From an uncultured delta proteobacterium (GTDB lineage Bacteria; Desulfobacterota; Desulfuromonadia; Geobacterales; DSM-12255), in NCBI GenBank assembly GCA_963787125.1, contig CAWBBV010000011.1, positions 192,001 through 256,000 on the forward strand: DNA of 64,000 bases, written 5' to 3'. Shown one piece after another: positions 21,395 to 30,127 of the stretch. The notes beneath the pieces are model-generated. The model saw only the letters and a program-made list of their open reading frames with translations, did no database searches and was not told the DNA's origin. Both the position numbers and the translations under genes were made by a program. Every line of letters begins with the position of its first letter. Positions within the stretch are counted from its first letter, which is position 1.

Positions 21395-22573
21395 TCACCC
21401 ACCGACAGTTGCAAGCGAAGCCTTCTGATGGGTAAGCAGTTCATCAACGGAATGGAGTGATTGGTCAAATTCCAGACCAACATAGATTAATTCATCTTTA
21501 CGCCTGACCTGGCGGACTTTTGCGGTCAGGTGAATGTTTTCGGGCCAATAAGGGCGAGTCAGCCGGAGCATAAGCGTCGCCCCTTCCTCGAGCAGGCTCT
21601 CACAGCCGAGCCCCATCCCCTGCTCACTGATGTCAGTGGAGAGCGCAGCCCGGTAGATTGCACCATCAAATGAAGCATACTCCACCAGAGATTTCACCGG
21701 ACGCCGGGAGTTACGCCGCCTGTCCTCAGAAAAAGAGTAAATACAGTTTCGCCGCTCTTTTGCCTTGTAGAGCTCCTTGTCAGCAGTTTCAATGATCTCT
21801 TCAGCGGTATTACCGCTATCCGGGAAAAGGGCAATCCCCCCGCTGATTGTCAGATTGCCGCTGTCAAGCAGCTCCTGCCGGGGGAAAAGATACTCCTCAA
21901 CCCCCTTCCTGACCCGCTCGGCAACGGCAAAGGCTGTATGCCTGTCGAGCCCTGGCAGCAGCAGGGCAAACTCCTCCCCGCCGTATCTGACCGCAACATC
22001 CCCATCCCGCAGGTTCTTCGTAATTATCTCGGCACACAGGCGGATCGCCTCATCCCCAAAAAGATGACCACAGCGGTCGTTGTACTGCTTGAAATGATCG
22101 AGGTCGAGGAATACCAGTGCAAAGCTGTTGTCCCTGTCGCGGCGCTGGTTATGGATCGTCTTTCCCAGAAGTTTCTTAAAATAGGTCTGGTTATAAAGGC
22201 CGGTAAGGCCGTCTGTCACTGAAGATCTGGTAATATTGTGGAGATAATCCCCTTCGATAATCCTTGGATCACTAAACTCCCCGGCAAAGCAGCGCAGATA
22301 ATCCATCAGTGCCGGTCGGAATCCTCTGGGCACATATTCAGGCTTGAATATCTTCTCGCAATGATTGATTGCGCCGAGCCAGTACCTACTGGAAAGCTCA
22401 CCGCCGAAATACTTGCCGGTCAGCAAAAAAAGCATCTCCTTGTAAACAGAATTGCCATGCGCACCAGCAAGTTCGTCGACCTTTGAAAGCAGCTGTGCAT
22501 CTTCAATATCGGCAGAAAGAAGCGGCAGGAGTTCTGAGGAAAATCTGTTTATAAGGGGGTGCGGAGTGAACAC
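21395..22573 (-). CDS. Diguanylate cyclase with C-terminal PilZ domain
   Basis: DLDHFKQYND, RDGD I-site, GGEEF; RRNSR and DISEQG PilZ motifs. Confidence 0.9.
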   Translation of the reverse strand: MFTPHPLINRFSSELLPLLSADIEDAQLLSKVDELAGAHGNSVYKEMLFLLTGKYFGGELSSRYWLGAINHCEKIFKPEYVPRGFRPALMDYLRCFAGEFSDPRIIEGDYLHNITRSSVTDGLTGLYNQTYFKKLLGKTIHNQRRDRDNSFALVFLDLDHFKQYNDRCGHLFGDEAIRLCAEIITKNLRDGDVAVRYGGEEFALLLPGLDRHTAFAVAERVRKGVEEYLFPRQELLDSGNLTISGGIALFPDSGNTAEEIIETADKELYKAKERRNCIYSFSEDRRRNSRRPVKSLVEYASFDGAIYRAALSTDISEQGMGLGCESLLEEGATLMLRLTRPYWPENIHLTAKVRQVRRKDELIYVGLEFDQSLHSVDELLTHQKASLATVGG

Positions 22574-22928
22574 TTTACCTCTGAGAAAGCAGAGAAATAT
22601 AAGATCGCATGAATATATATATTTTAATTTTACATTGCAAATAAAAACTTGCGACTAGGCTTTATCCTTAAAAATAGCACCGTTACGACTGCGGACTCAA
22701 TAAACCATCAGGAACAATCACAGCGCTCGTTTTGTCACACCCCCTATTTCTGGCTCTTGCGGCCACGCTCACCTCGGCGTCAGAGCCTCCGGCAAAAGCG
22801 GTCCGTTCGGCAACCTGTGCGATCCTGATGCACTAATTACAAAACTGGTTTCCAGACCGAATGTGATAAGGTATAAAGAAGAACCGGGAACTAATTCTTC
22901 GGTCCATTGTCTGATGAGGTAAATCAAC

Positions 22929-23729
22929 TTGAACGATGTCACTGCCGCCCACTTCGCCAACCCTGGCGGAATCCACATGGAAAAGGTCTGCTATTCTATC
23001 GGCGGTCGCAAAATTCTGCACGACTTCGACCTCTCGCTATCTCCGGGTGTAAACAGAACCATTCTCGGAGTGAGCGGAGTCGGCAAGACCACCATTCTGA
23101 AACTTATCCTCGGCCTTTTAAAACCTGACTCAGGCAACATCTCCATTGATGGCACGGATATAATCAATCTGGCTGAAAGCAGGTTGACTAGTGCCCGCAA
23201 GCATATCGCCATAGTCTTTCAGGGGGGAGCGCTCTTCGACTCAATGACCGTCGGCGAGAATGTCGGCTACCGACTGCTTGAGGAAGGAAACTTGACCGAA
23301 GTTGAAATCGAGGCCATTGCCAGAGAAAAGCTCGGATTCGTCGGTCTTGAAAAGGCAATTGACCTCTACCCCTCCGAGCTTTCAGGCGGAATGAAGAAAC
23401 GGGCAGCCATTGCCAGGGCGCTGGCAGCCGATCCTCAATACATTTTTTTTGACGAGCCGACCACCGGCCTCGACCCGATTGGCGTTTACAACATCCGGCA
23501 GCTCATGTTAAAACTGCAGGCAGAGGGGAAGACGACCCTTATGGTTACTCACGATATGGCAACGGCGTTTGCCGTCTCAGACAGGTTTTCGTTCATACAC
23601 GATTCCCGTCTTGTTTTTGAAGGCACAAAGCTCGAACTTGAGAGTAGCCGTACCAAAGCGATCCTCGAATTTTTCTCTCCAGGGGAAGAGTCGCTCTTCA
23701 GATTTGTTGAAACGCAGGAGAACACATGA
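22929..23729 (+). CDS. mlaF: MlaF/Mkl-like ABC ATPase
   Basis: GVSGVGKT, FQGGALFDSMTV, LSGGMKKR, DEPTTGLDP. Confidence 0.85.
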   Translation: MNDVTAAHFANPGGIHMEKVCYSIGGRKILHDFDLSLSPGVNRTILGVSGVGKTTILKLILGLLKPDSGNISIDGTDIINLAESRLTSARKHIAIVFQGGALFDSMTVGENVGYRLLEEGNLTEVEIEAIAREKLGFVGLEKAIDLYPSELSGGMKKRAAIARALAADPQYIFFDEPTTGLDPIGVYNIRQLMLKLQAEGKTTLMVTHDMATAFAVSDRFSFIHDSRLVFEGTKLELESSRTKAILEFFSPGEESLFRFVETQENT

Positions 23730-24808
23730 AGCGCAGCGATAACCTCAGATGGTCACAGGTAAAAACCGGCATATTTATCCTGTTGGCGATCCTTCTGTTC
23801 GGCGGTGGCGTGCTGATGATGGGAGACAAGACCAAGATGTTCATCGACAAAGGGACTCTTTCGGTCATCATGCCTGATGTCGCCGGGCTAAAAATAGGCG
23901 CCCCGGTCTGGCTTGCCGGCGTTGATGTCGGTCTGGTCACCAATATCGGCTTTGAAACCCCGGAAAAGAACAATGAAATCACCGTGACACTGCAGATCGA
24001 CAAGAGTGCGCTCAAAAAAATAAATTCCGACTCAAGAATCACCATCAAGACCCGCGGCCTGATGGGTGAGAAGTATGTCGACGTGACCCCGAGCAAGAGT
24101 TTTTCTACTACGCCGCCATCGTCAATCCGCGGCGAAAACGTCGCCCGCCTTGACGATGTCATGGTAAAGGCCGGCGCCTCCTTTGACCGACTGAACCGTG
24201 TCATGGAAAAGGTTGAAAATGGAGAAGGCTCGCTCGGCAAACTGATGACCGATAAAAAGCTCTATGACAATCTTGCGACGCTTTCACTGGAGTTGAAAGT
24301 TCTTGCAGATACTATCAACCGCGGTGAGGGCTCTCTCGGCAAAATGATGCGCAGTGATGAGCCGTATAAAAAGATTATCGCCATCCTCAACCGCGCTGAT
24401 GCCACCCTGACAGACATCCAATCGGCTGACGGCACACTGGGAAAACTTGTCCGTGATCGGGAACTCTACGATAAAATGGTAAAGCTTGCGGACAAAAGCT
24501 CTCTTGCTGCTGATGACATGCGGGAGTTGAAAAAAATCCTCACTTCTAAAGAGAATACCATTGGCAAACTCCTCACAGACAAGGATCTTTACGACAGAGG
24601 CGTTGCCCTGGTAACAAGTGCTGACCATGCAGTCAAAGCCTATGAAGCCGCTGCCACCAAACTGCAGACAAAAGAGGGTACTGCCGGAAAACTTCTCAAT
24701 GATCGGGAAGCTTATGATAAACTCGTCGTCATGATCGAAAGCATCGACGCCCTCATTAAGGACATCAAGGCACATCCAACAAAATACGTTAAGCTTTCAA
24801 TTTTTTAG
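23726..24808 (+). CDS. mlaD: MlaD/MCE-family protein with helical repeats
   Basis: GLKIGAPVWLAGVDVG, GLMGEKYV, five GxxGKL-type repeats. Confidence 0.85.
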   Translation: MKRSDNLRWSQVKTGIFILLAILLFGGGVLMMGDKTKMFIDKGTLSVIMPDVAGLKIGAPVWLAGVDVGLVTNIGFETPEKNNEITVTLQIDKSALKKINSDSRITIKTRGLMGEKYVDVTPSKSFSTTPPSSIRGENVARLDDVMVKAGASFDRLNRVMEKVENGEGSLGKLMTDKKLYDNLATLSLELKVLADTINRGEGSLGKMMRSDEPYKKIIAILNRADATLTDIQSADGTLGKLVRDRELYDKMVKLADKSSLAADDMRELKKILTSKENTIGKLLTDKDLYDRGVALVTSADHAVKAYEAAATKLQTKEGTAGKLLNDREAYDKLVVMIESIDALIKDIKAHPTKYVKLSIF

Positions 24809-24821
24809 CAAGGGGTCGTGC

Positions 24822-25748
24822 ATGTCTTCATTAGAACGAATCCTTACAGCCATCATACTGCTTGGACTTATTGTCTCATCACCTGTGGCAGCTGCCCAGC
24901 CGGAAAAAATCATTATCGGAGTTATTCCGGAGCTGAATCTTGTCAAGCAGATGGATCGATTTGTGCCACTATCCGATTATCTTGACAAAAAAACCGGTTA
25001 CGATGTGGACATAAAACCGATGTCAAATTATGGTCAGCTTTACGAGGAGATGCGTGACGGCAACATTGACGCCGGGTTTTTCGGCAGCCTGGTTTACGCC
25101 ATCACTCAAGCACGCATCGGTATCGAACCGCTTGTCAGACCGGTGCAGCTTAATGGCAAATCCACCTACACCGGTCTGCTGTTTGTCCGGAAGGATGCGG
25201 GCATAAAAAATATTGCCGCCATGAAAGGCAAAACCATCGCCCTGGTTGATCCGGCAACGACTGGCGGCTATCTTGCCCAGAAAGATTACTTTGCCCATCA
25301 CGGCATAAACATCGACACCGACATGAAAATACTCTGGACAGGGAGCCATGAAGCGGCAATCAAGGCGGTTCTCAGCAATCAGGCAGAGGTAGGCGGCGCA
25401 AAAAACACTGTAGTCGCTAAATTCCGTAAGGAGAACAGCGTCTTTGATACTGTTGTAGAGATAATCAACGAAACCCCGAAACAGGGTGTTCCTGACAACA
25501 CCCTGGCTGTGCGTAACGGGCTGGACCCGGCAAAGAAAGCTCGGCTCAGGAAGGTGCTCCTTGCCATGAATAGCGACCCGGAAGGGAAAAAGGTACTGGC
25601 AAGATTCGGGGCGATAAAATTCATCCCCACCACGGATGAAGAGTTCAAACCACTTTACGACTTAGTCAGACACCTTAAGATAAACCTCAAAGTCTACCCT
25701 TACAAAAAAGAACCGACCACACCTACTATCAATAAAGCGAGTCATTAA
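24822..25748 (+). CDS. PhnD/PtxB-family periplasmic binding protein
   Basis: Signal peptide; [20 protein letters not shown]. Confidence 0.8.
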   Translation: MSSLERILTAIILLGLIVSSPVAAAQPEKIIIGVIPELNLVKQMDRFVPLSDYLDKKTGYDVDIKPMSNYGQLYEEMRDGNIDAGFFGSLVYAITQARIGIEPLVRPVQLNGKSTYTGLLFVRKDAGIKNIAAMKGKTIALVDPATTGGYLAQKDYFAHHGINIDTDMKILWTGSHEAAIKAVLSNQAEVGGAKNTVVAKFRKENSVFDTVVEIINETPKQGVPDNTLAVRNGLDPAKKARLRKVLLAMNSDPEGKKVLARFGAIKFIPTTDEEFKPLYDLVRHLKINLKVYPYKKEPTTPTINKASH

Positions 25749-25749
25749 G

Positions 25750-26439
25750 ATGTCAAATAAAGCGGTCATTCTCTACAGCGGCGGACTCGACTCGACAACC
25801 TGCATGGCGATTGCTGCCAGTCAGGGATTTTCGCCTTATGCCATCAGCTTCTCCTACGGTCAGCGCCATTCTATAGAACTGGAACTCGCCAAAAACAACG
25901 CCCTGGTAATGGGAGCAATCGATCACCTTGTCGTCGACTTTGATTATCGCAAGGTTGGCGGCAGCGCCCTGACTTCCGAGCTGTCAGTCCCCAAGGATGG
26001 CGTCGGCGACGACATTCCGGTTACCTACGTACCGGCAAGAAACACCATATTCCTCTCTTTTGCCCTTGGCTGGGCAGAAGTGCTCGGAGCCAAAGACATC
26101 TTCATCGGTGTCAACGCCCTTGATTACTCAGGTTACCCTGACTGCCGCCCGGAGTACATCGCCGCCTTCGAGAAAATGGCAAACCTTGCCACAAAAGCCG
26201 GGGTTGAAGGCAACAGTTTCCGCATTCATACCCCCCTCATCGCCATCACCAAGGCTGAGATCATCAAAAAAGGGCTCGCTCTGGGAGTCGATTATTCCCG
26301 AACCCACTCCTGCTACGACCCGACCCCGACCGGCCTGTCCTGCGGTCTCTGCGACTCATGCCGCTTAAGGCTTAAAGGGTTTGCTGAGGCGGGTATGAAG
26401 GATCCGGTTAAGTATGTAGCAGAAAAGGTCGGGCTGTGA
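25750..26439 (+). CDS. queC: 7-cyano-7-deazaguanine synthase
   Basis: SGGLDS, YGQRH, TYVPARN, YPDCR, CGLCDSC. Confidence 0.97.
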   Translation: MSNKAVILYSGGLDSTTCMAIAASQGFSPYAISFSYGQRHSIELELAKNNALVMGAIDHLVVDFDYRKVGGSALTSELSVPKDGVGDDIPVTYVPARNTIFLSFALGWAEVLGAKDIFIGVNALDYSGYPDCRPEYIAAFEKMANLATKAGVEGNSFRIHTPLIAITKAEIIKKGLALGVDYSRTHSCYDPTPTGLSCGLCDSCRLRLKGFAEAGMKDPVKYVAEKVGL

Positions 26440-27227
26440 AACCTATGCCAAGCCGAATGCCTGACATGCAGAAATCAAGAGATACCCGTAATATTCCCAT
26501 CGACAAGGTAGGGGTCAAGGATATCTCCTATCCGATCGTTGTCATGGACAGGAAGAAAAAGTTCCAGCATACAATTGCCCGGATCAACATGTACGTAGAT
26601 CTTCCCCACCAGTTCAAGGGGACGCACATGAGCCGTTTTGTTGAAATTCTCAACAGTTACCGGGAAGAGATTGCGTTGGACAAGCTTGAGATCATGCTGG
26701 CGGAGATGAAGAAAAAACTCGGCGCTTCAACGGCGCACCTGGAGATGGAATTCCCTTACTTCATTGAAAAAAAGGCCCCGGTTTCAAAGGCCAGGAGCCT
26801 GATGGAATACACCTGCTCATTTGCGGCAACGCTGGCAGACGAGTTTGACTTCGTCCTCGGCATCAGAGTACCGGTAACCTCCCTCTGCCCCTGCAGCAAG
26901 GAACTCTCTGCTTACGGCGCTCACAACCAGCGCTCTATCATCTCAATCAAAGTGAGATACAGCAGCTTTGTCTGGATAGAGGATCTTGTCTCTGCCGTCG
27001 AAGAGTGCGGTTCAAGCCCCGTCTACTCCCTATTGAAACGCGTCGATGAAAAACATGTGACTGAGCAGGCCTATGAGAACCCGAAATTCGTCGAGGATAT
27101 TGTCCGCGAAGTCACTGAAAAGTTGCTTGCAGAGCCTTCAATAACCTGGTTCAGCGTTGAGGCGGAGAACTTTGAATCGATTCACAAGCACTCTGCTTAT
27201 GCCTTTATTGAACGGTCAAAAGTTTAA
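26436..27227 (+). CDS. folE2: GTP cyclohydrolase I type 2
   Basis: [26 protein letters not shown]. Confidence 0.95.
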   Translation: MKPMPSRMPDMQKSRDTRNIPIDKVGVKDISYPIVVMDRKKKFQHTIARINMYVDLPHQFKGTHMSRFVEILNSYREEIALDKLEIMLAEMKKKLGASTAHLEMEFPYFIEKKAPVSKARSLMEYTCSFAATLADEFDFVLGIRVPVTSLCPCSKELSAYGAHNQRSIISIKVRYSSFVWIEDLVSAVEECGSSPVYSLLKRVDEKHVTEQAYENPKFVEDIVREVTEKLLAEPSITWFSVEAENFESIHKHSAYAFIERSKV

Positions 27228-27235
27228 CTTTCCCC

Positions 27236-27289
27236 TGATCAACACCCACTGTGGATAAGACTGTGGATAACTGGCCAAACTGTGGATAA
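27236..27289. promoter_or_regulatory. DnaA-box cluster (three perfect boxes plus one degenerate opposed box)
   Basis: TGTGGATAA at 27250, 27262 and 27281; TGATCAACA at 27236. Confidence 0.8.
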
Positions 27290-27382
27290 AGCTAAATATT
27301 CGGCTTTCATTTGCTTTTACCAAGCCACGCTAAATTTTGCTAACTACCTGTAATCAATCAATGTAGTTTCTCGGAGCTGAAT

Positions 27383-28102
27383 TTGACCTTAACCTTTTCC
27401 CACCGGGAGCCAGTGCACTCCCGCGCCCTGATAATCTTTGCAAAATCTCCGCTTCCAGGGAGCGTAAAAACCCGCCTCACCCCCCCCTTTACACCTGAAC
27501 TAGCCTGCGAAATCTACCGCGCAATGCTTTTGGACACCCTGGAGATAAGCCGTTCGCTTACCGGTGTGACCATCTTTCTGTTTTTTGAGGATGCGCCGGA
27601 CGCTGCTGATTTTTTCGCGACACTTTCTCCTGACATCCTCTCCCTTCCACAAACAGGCGTCAATCTTGGCGAGCGGATGGAAAATGCCTTTAAGGAAATC
27701 TTCGGACGCGGCTTCTCAAAAGTGGCGATAATCGGCACGGATTCACCGGATCTGCCGCTTGAGCATATTTTTGAAGCTTTCAGCCTGCTGGAGTATGAGC
27801 ATACTGATGTGGTGTTTGGCCCTGCTGAGGATGGCGGCTACTACCTGATGGCGCTTAAGAAGGTATGGAAAGAGCTTTTCACGGGACTGCCATGGAGCAG
27901 TGACACATTGCTGGAAGCAAGTGTACTGGCAGCGAAAGATTCGTGTCTGGGGGCGTCATTTTTGCCGGAATGGCATGACATTGATAATGTCACTGATCTG
28001 AAGCACCTGCAACAATGGGAAGGGGATGGTCCGGCAGCCAGGACGAGGGAATTTCTTACTTCAGTACATCTACCTGATAACTCACCTCTTTCAGATAGTT
28101 GA
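27383..28102 (+). CDS. TIGR04282/DUF2064-family glycosyltransferase-like protein
   Basis: FAK.P.PG.VKTRL, NLGERM, IIGTDSP, GPAEDGGYYL. Confidence 0.85.
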   Translation: MTLTFSHREPVHSRALIIFAKSPLPGSVKTRLTPPFTPELACEIYRAMLLDTLEISRSLTGVTIFLFFEDAPDAADFFATLSPDILSLPQTGVNLGERMENAFKEIFGRGFSKVAIIGTDSPDLPLEHIFEAFSLLEYEHTDVVFGPAEDGGYYLMALKKVWKELFTGLPWSSDTLLEASVLAAKDSCLGASFLPEWHDIDNVTDLKHLQQWEGDGPAARTREFLTSVHLPDNSPLSDS

Positions 28103-29276
28103 CAACGTCATTGATATGTTCATAGCCGCGCGTCTCAAGTTCGATCAGGACTTCGGTCTTGCCGATGGGAAGAGATTTTGAGCGACGGTCATGGGTGATA
28201 ATGGAGATATTCGCCTTGACGGTGGCAATCTCTGCAGCCAGTTTCGCTAAAGCGCCCGGAACGTCGTCAAGCTCTATTCTCAATTTAAGGTAACGCCCAG
28301 CCGCCACTAAGCCGCGCTCGACAACGACTGAAATGGTTTTGACATCGATATTGCCACCTGAAAGCAGGCAGACGGTCTTTCCTGTCAGGTTTTTCGCCGC
28401 GCCACAGAGAAGCGCAGCCAGCGGCACTGCTCCGGCCCCTTCGACAAGAAGTTTTGTCCGTTCCAGGAGCGCCACGATTGCCAGGGAAATATCCTCTTCA
28501 TCAACAAGCACAACATCATCAACCAGGCTCTGGACTATCGGGAAGGTGTTCATCCCGACTTTCTTTACAGCTATACCGTCAGCCAGACTGACAGCCAGGG
28601 AGGTTTCCCTGACCTTCCCCTTTTGTAAAGAGTTGTGCATGCCGGGAGCGGCCTTTGATTCAACGCCTATAATCCTTACGTGAGGATGGGTCTCCTTGAT
28701 GGCCGTTGCTACCCCGGCGATCAGACCGCCGCCGCCGATAGGGATCAGGATATTGGCAACGTCCGGCATCTCCTCAAGTATTTCCAGACCGATTGTCCCC
28801 TGTCCCGCCATGACCAGATAATCGTCAAAAGGATGGACAAAGAGCGCGCCGCTCGCCTTACCGGCGGCAACGGCAGCTTCATAGGCTTCATCAAAATTCC
28901 GGCCGGCCAGGACAACCTCTGCACCATAATCACGTGTGGCGAAAACCTTCTGCGGAGGGGTGCTCTCAGGCATGTAAACAGTTGCCTTAACACCAAGAAG
29001 GTCAGCCGAGAAAGCAACTCCCTGGGCATGATTCCCTGCAGACGCGGTAATAACACCGTCTTTAAGCTTCTCCTTCGGCAGGGAAGTCATGAAATTCATG
29101 GCCCCGCGAATTTTGAAGGCACCGGTGCGCTGCAGGTTTTCGCATTTGAACCAGAGTGGAATGCCGAGCCGTTCACTGAAATGATGGGAGTAGATAAGCT
29201 CGGTTTTGCGTATCCGCTTTTTCAGGCGATAAGCTGCTTCGTGGATAAGAGCGTAATCAAGGAGATCAGTTGACAT
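28056..29276 (-). CDS. ilvA: Threonine ammonia-lyase with C-terminal ACT domain
   Basis: KCENLQRTGAFKIRG, SAGNHAQG, GGGGL, SGGNID. Confidence 0.92.
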   Translation of the reverse strand: MSTDLLDYALIHEAAYRLKKRIRKTELIYSHHFSERLGIPLWFKCENLQRTGAFKIRGAMNFMTSLPKEKLKDGVITASAGNHAQGVAFSADLLGVKATVYMPESTPPQKVFATRDYGAEVVLAGRNFDEAYEAAVAAGKASGALFVHPFDDYLVMAGQGTIGLEILEEMPDVANILIPIGGGGLIAGVATAIKETHPHVRIIGVESKAAPGMHNSLQKGKVRETSLAVSLADGIAVKKVGMNTFPIVQSLVDDVVLVDEEDISLAIVALLERTKLLVEGAGAVPLAALLCGAAKNLTGKTVCLLSGGNIDVKTISVVVERGLVAAGRYLKLRIELDDVPGALAKLAAEIATVKANISIITHDRRSKSLPIGKTEVLIELETRGYEHINDVVNYLKEVSYQVDVLK

Positions 29277-29289
29277 GATAGGGGGAAAA

Positions 29290-29320
29290 GCTGCCGCTCC
29301 CTGCAGCAGGGAGCGGCAGC
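29290..29320 (-). terminator. Perfect GC-rich hairpin
   Basis: GCTGCCGCTCCCTGC-A-GCAGGGAGCGGCAGC, followed by TTTT on the minus strand. Confidence 0.7.
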
Positions 29321-29333
29321 AATTAGATAAAGG

Positions 29334-30056
29334 CTAAAAACTGACGCCGAGTTTCAACGAATAGATAGGACGGGCAGCATATTCAACCTCGCCTGTAACA
29401 CCGATAAGCGGAATAGGGGTGAACTTCAGGCCGACAAAACCACGCGGCTGCCACATGCTTTCACTCTTGAGAGTTGCCAGGCTACCGTTGTACTTACCAT
29501 CAATATAAAGCATGCCCGCACCAGCATAGGGGGTCAGGAAGAGAAACCCTTTACTGATTGATGCATCAAACCCCGCCGTTTGCAACTCAACATCACTTAC
29601 TCCGGAAAGCTTGGTATAGGTGGCACGCACACCAACAGCCGGGGTTGCAATGCTGCCTTCCAGGATTGCCTTACTGATTTCAGCACCGTACACCTGAATA
29701 TCAGTACCGGCAATGTAGGTATACATGGCGCCGACATCGATTCCGAATGGAAGCCCTTTTCTTACTCTTACCGAGGGGTAGGTTATGTAGCTCGGGGCAT
29801 CATTACCTGTAGCCTTTTTCCAGTAGCCGCTGTTGTCCTGTATTTCGATCAATGATGTCTGGACTGCAACATCAAAACCGGTAATACCGAGTGGTGCTGC
29901 AGGGGCAAGGTTTCTGTAGCCGATAGCACATCCAAGTTCTTTGGTCATATCCCTGAACTCATCCTGACCATAGCCTGCAGGAAGTTGAATATTCCACGCC
30001 ATCGCTTCCGTTGCTGTCAGTATTACGAATAGAACAAGTAATAAAGCTCTCTTCAT
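29334..30056 (-). CDS. Putative outer-membrane beta-barrel protein
   Basis: GGAGG RBS before ATG 30056; signal peptide; alternating beta pattern; terminal YSLKLGVSF. Confidence 0.7.
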   Translation of the reverse strand: MKRALLLVLFVILTATEAMAWNIQLPAGYGQDEFRDMTKELGCAIGYRNLAPAAPLGITGFDVAVQTSLIEIQDNSGYWKKATGNDAPSYITYPSVRVRKGLPFGIDVGAMYTYIAGTDIQVYGAEISKAILEGSIATPAVGVRATYTKLSGVSDVELQTAGFDASISKGFLFLTPYAGAGMLYIDGKYNGSLATLKSESMWQPRGFVGLKFTPIPLIGVTGEVEYAARPIYSLKLGVSF

Positions 30057-30127
30057 GTTATTTCCTCCATAAATTGAAATTTGCCGGAGTTTAGCAGAGC
30101 CGGACGCCCCGGTCAACATCGCTTTCA

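Noticed and set aside
21395..22573. Hypr-type cGAMP synthase
   Set aside because: GHLFGD keeps Asp at the position that is Ser in Hypr enzymes.
22680..22930. c-di-GMP/cGAMP (GEMM) riboswitch or small ORF
   Set aside because: Only GCCTCCGGC resembles the motif; the other conserved GEMM elements are missing, and the ~34-codon TTG ORF has no support.
27236..27382. oriC or CRISPR array
   Set aside because: No dnaA/gidA context or clear unwinding element; repeats of 9-11 bp with 3-10 bp gaps do not fit CRISPR.
27383..28102. Arsenosugar biosynthesis cluster
   Set aside because: Partner methyltransferase and radical SAM genes are not adjacent.
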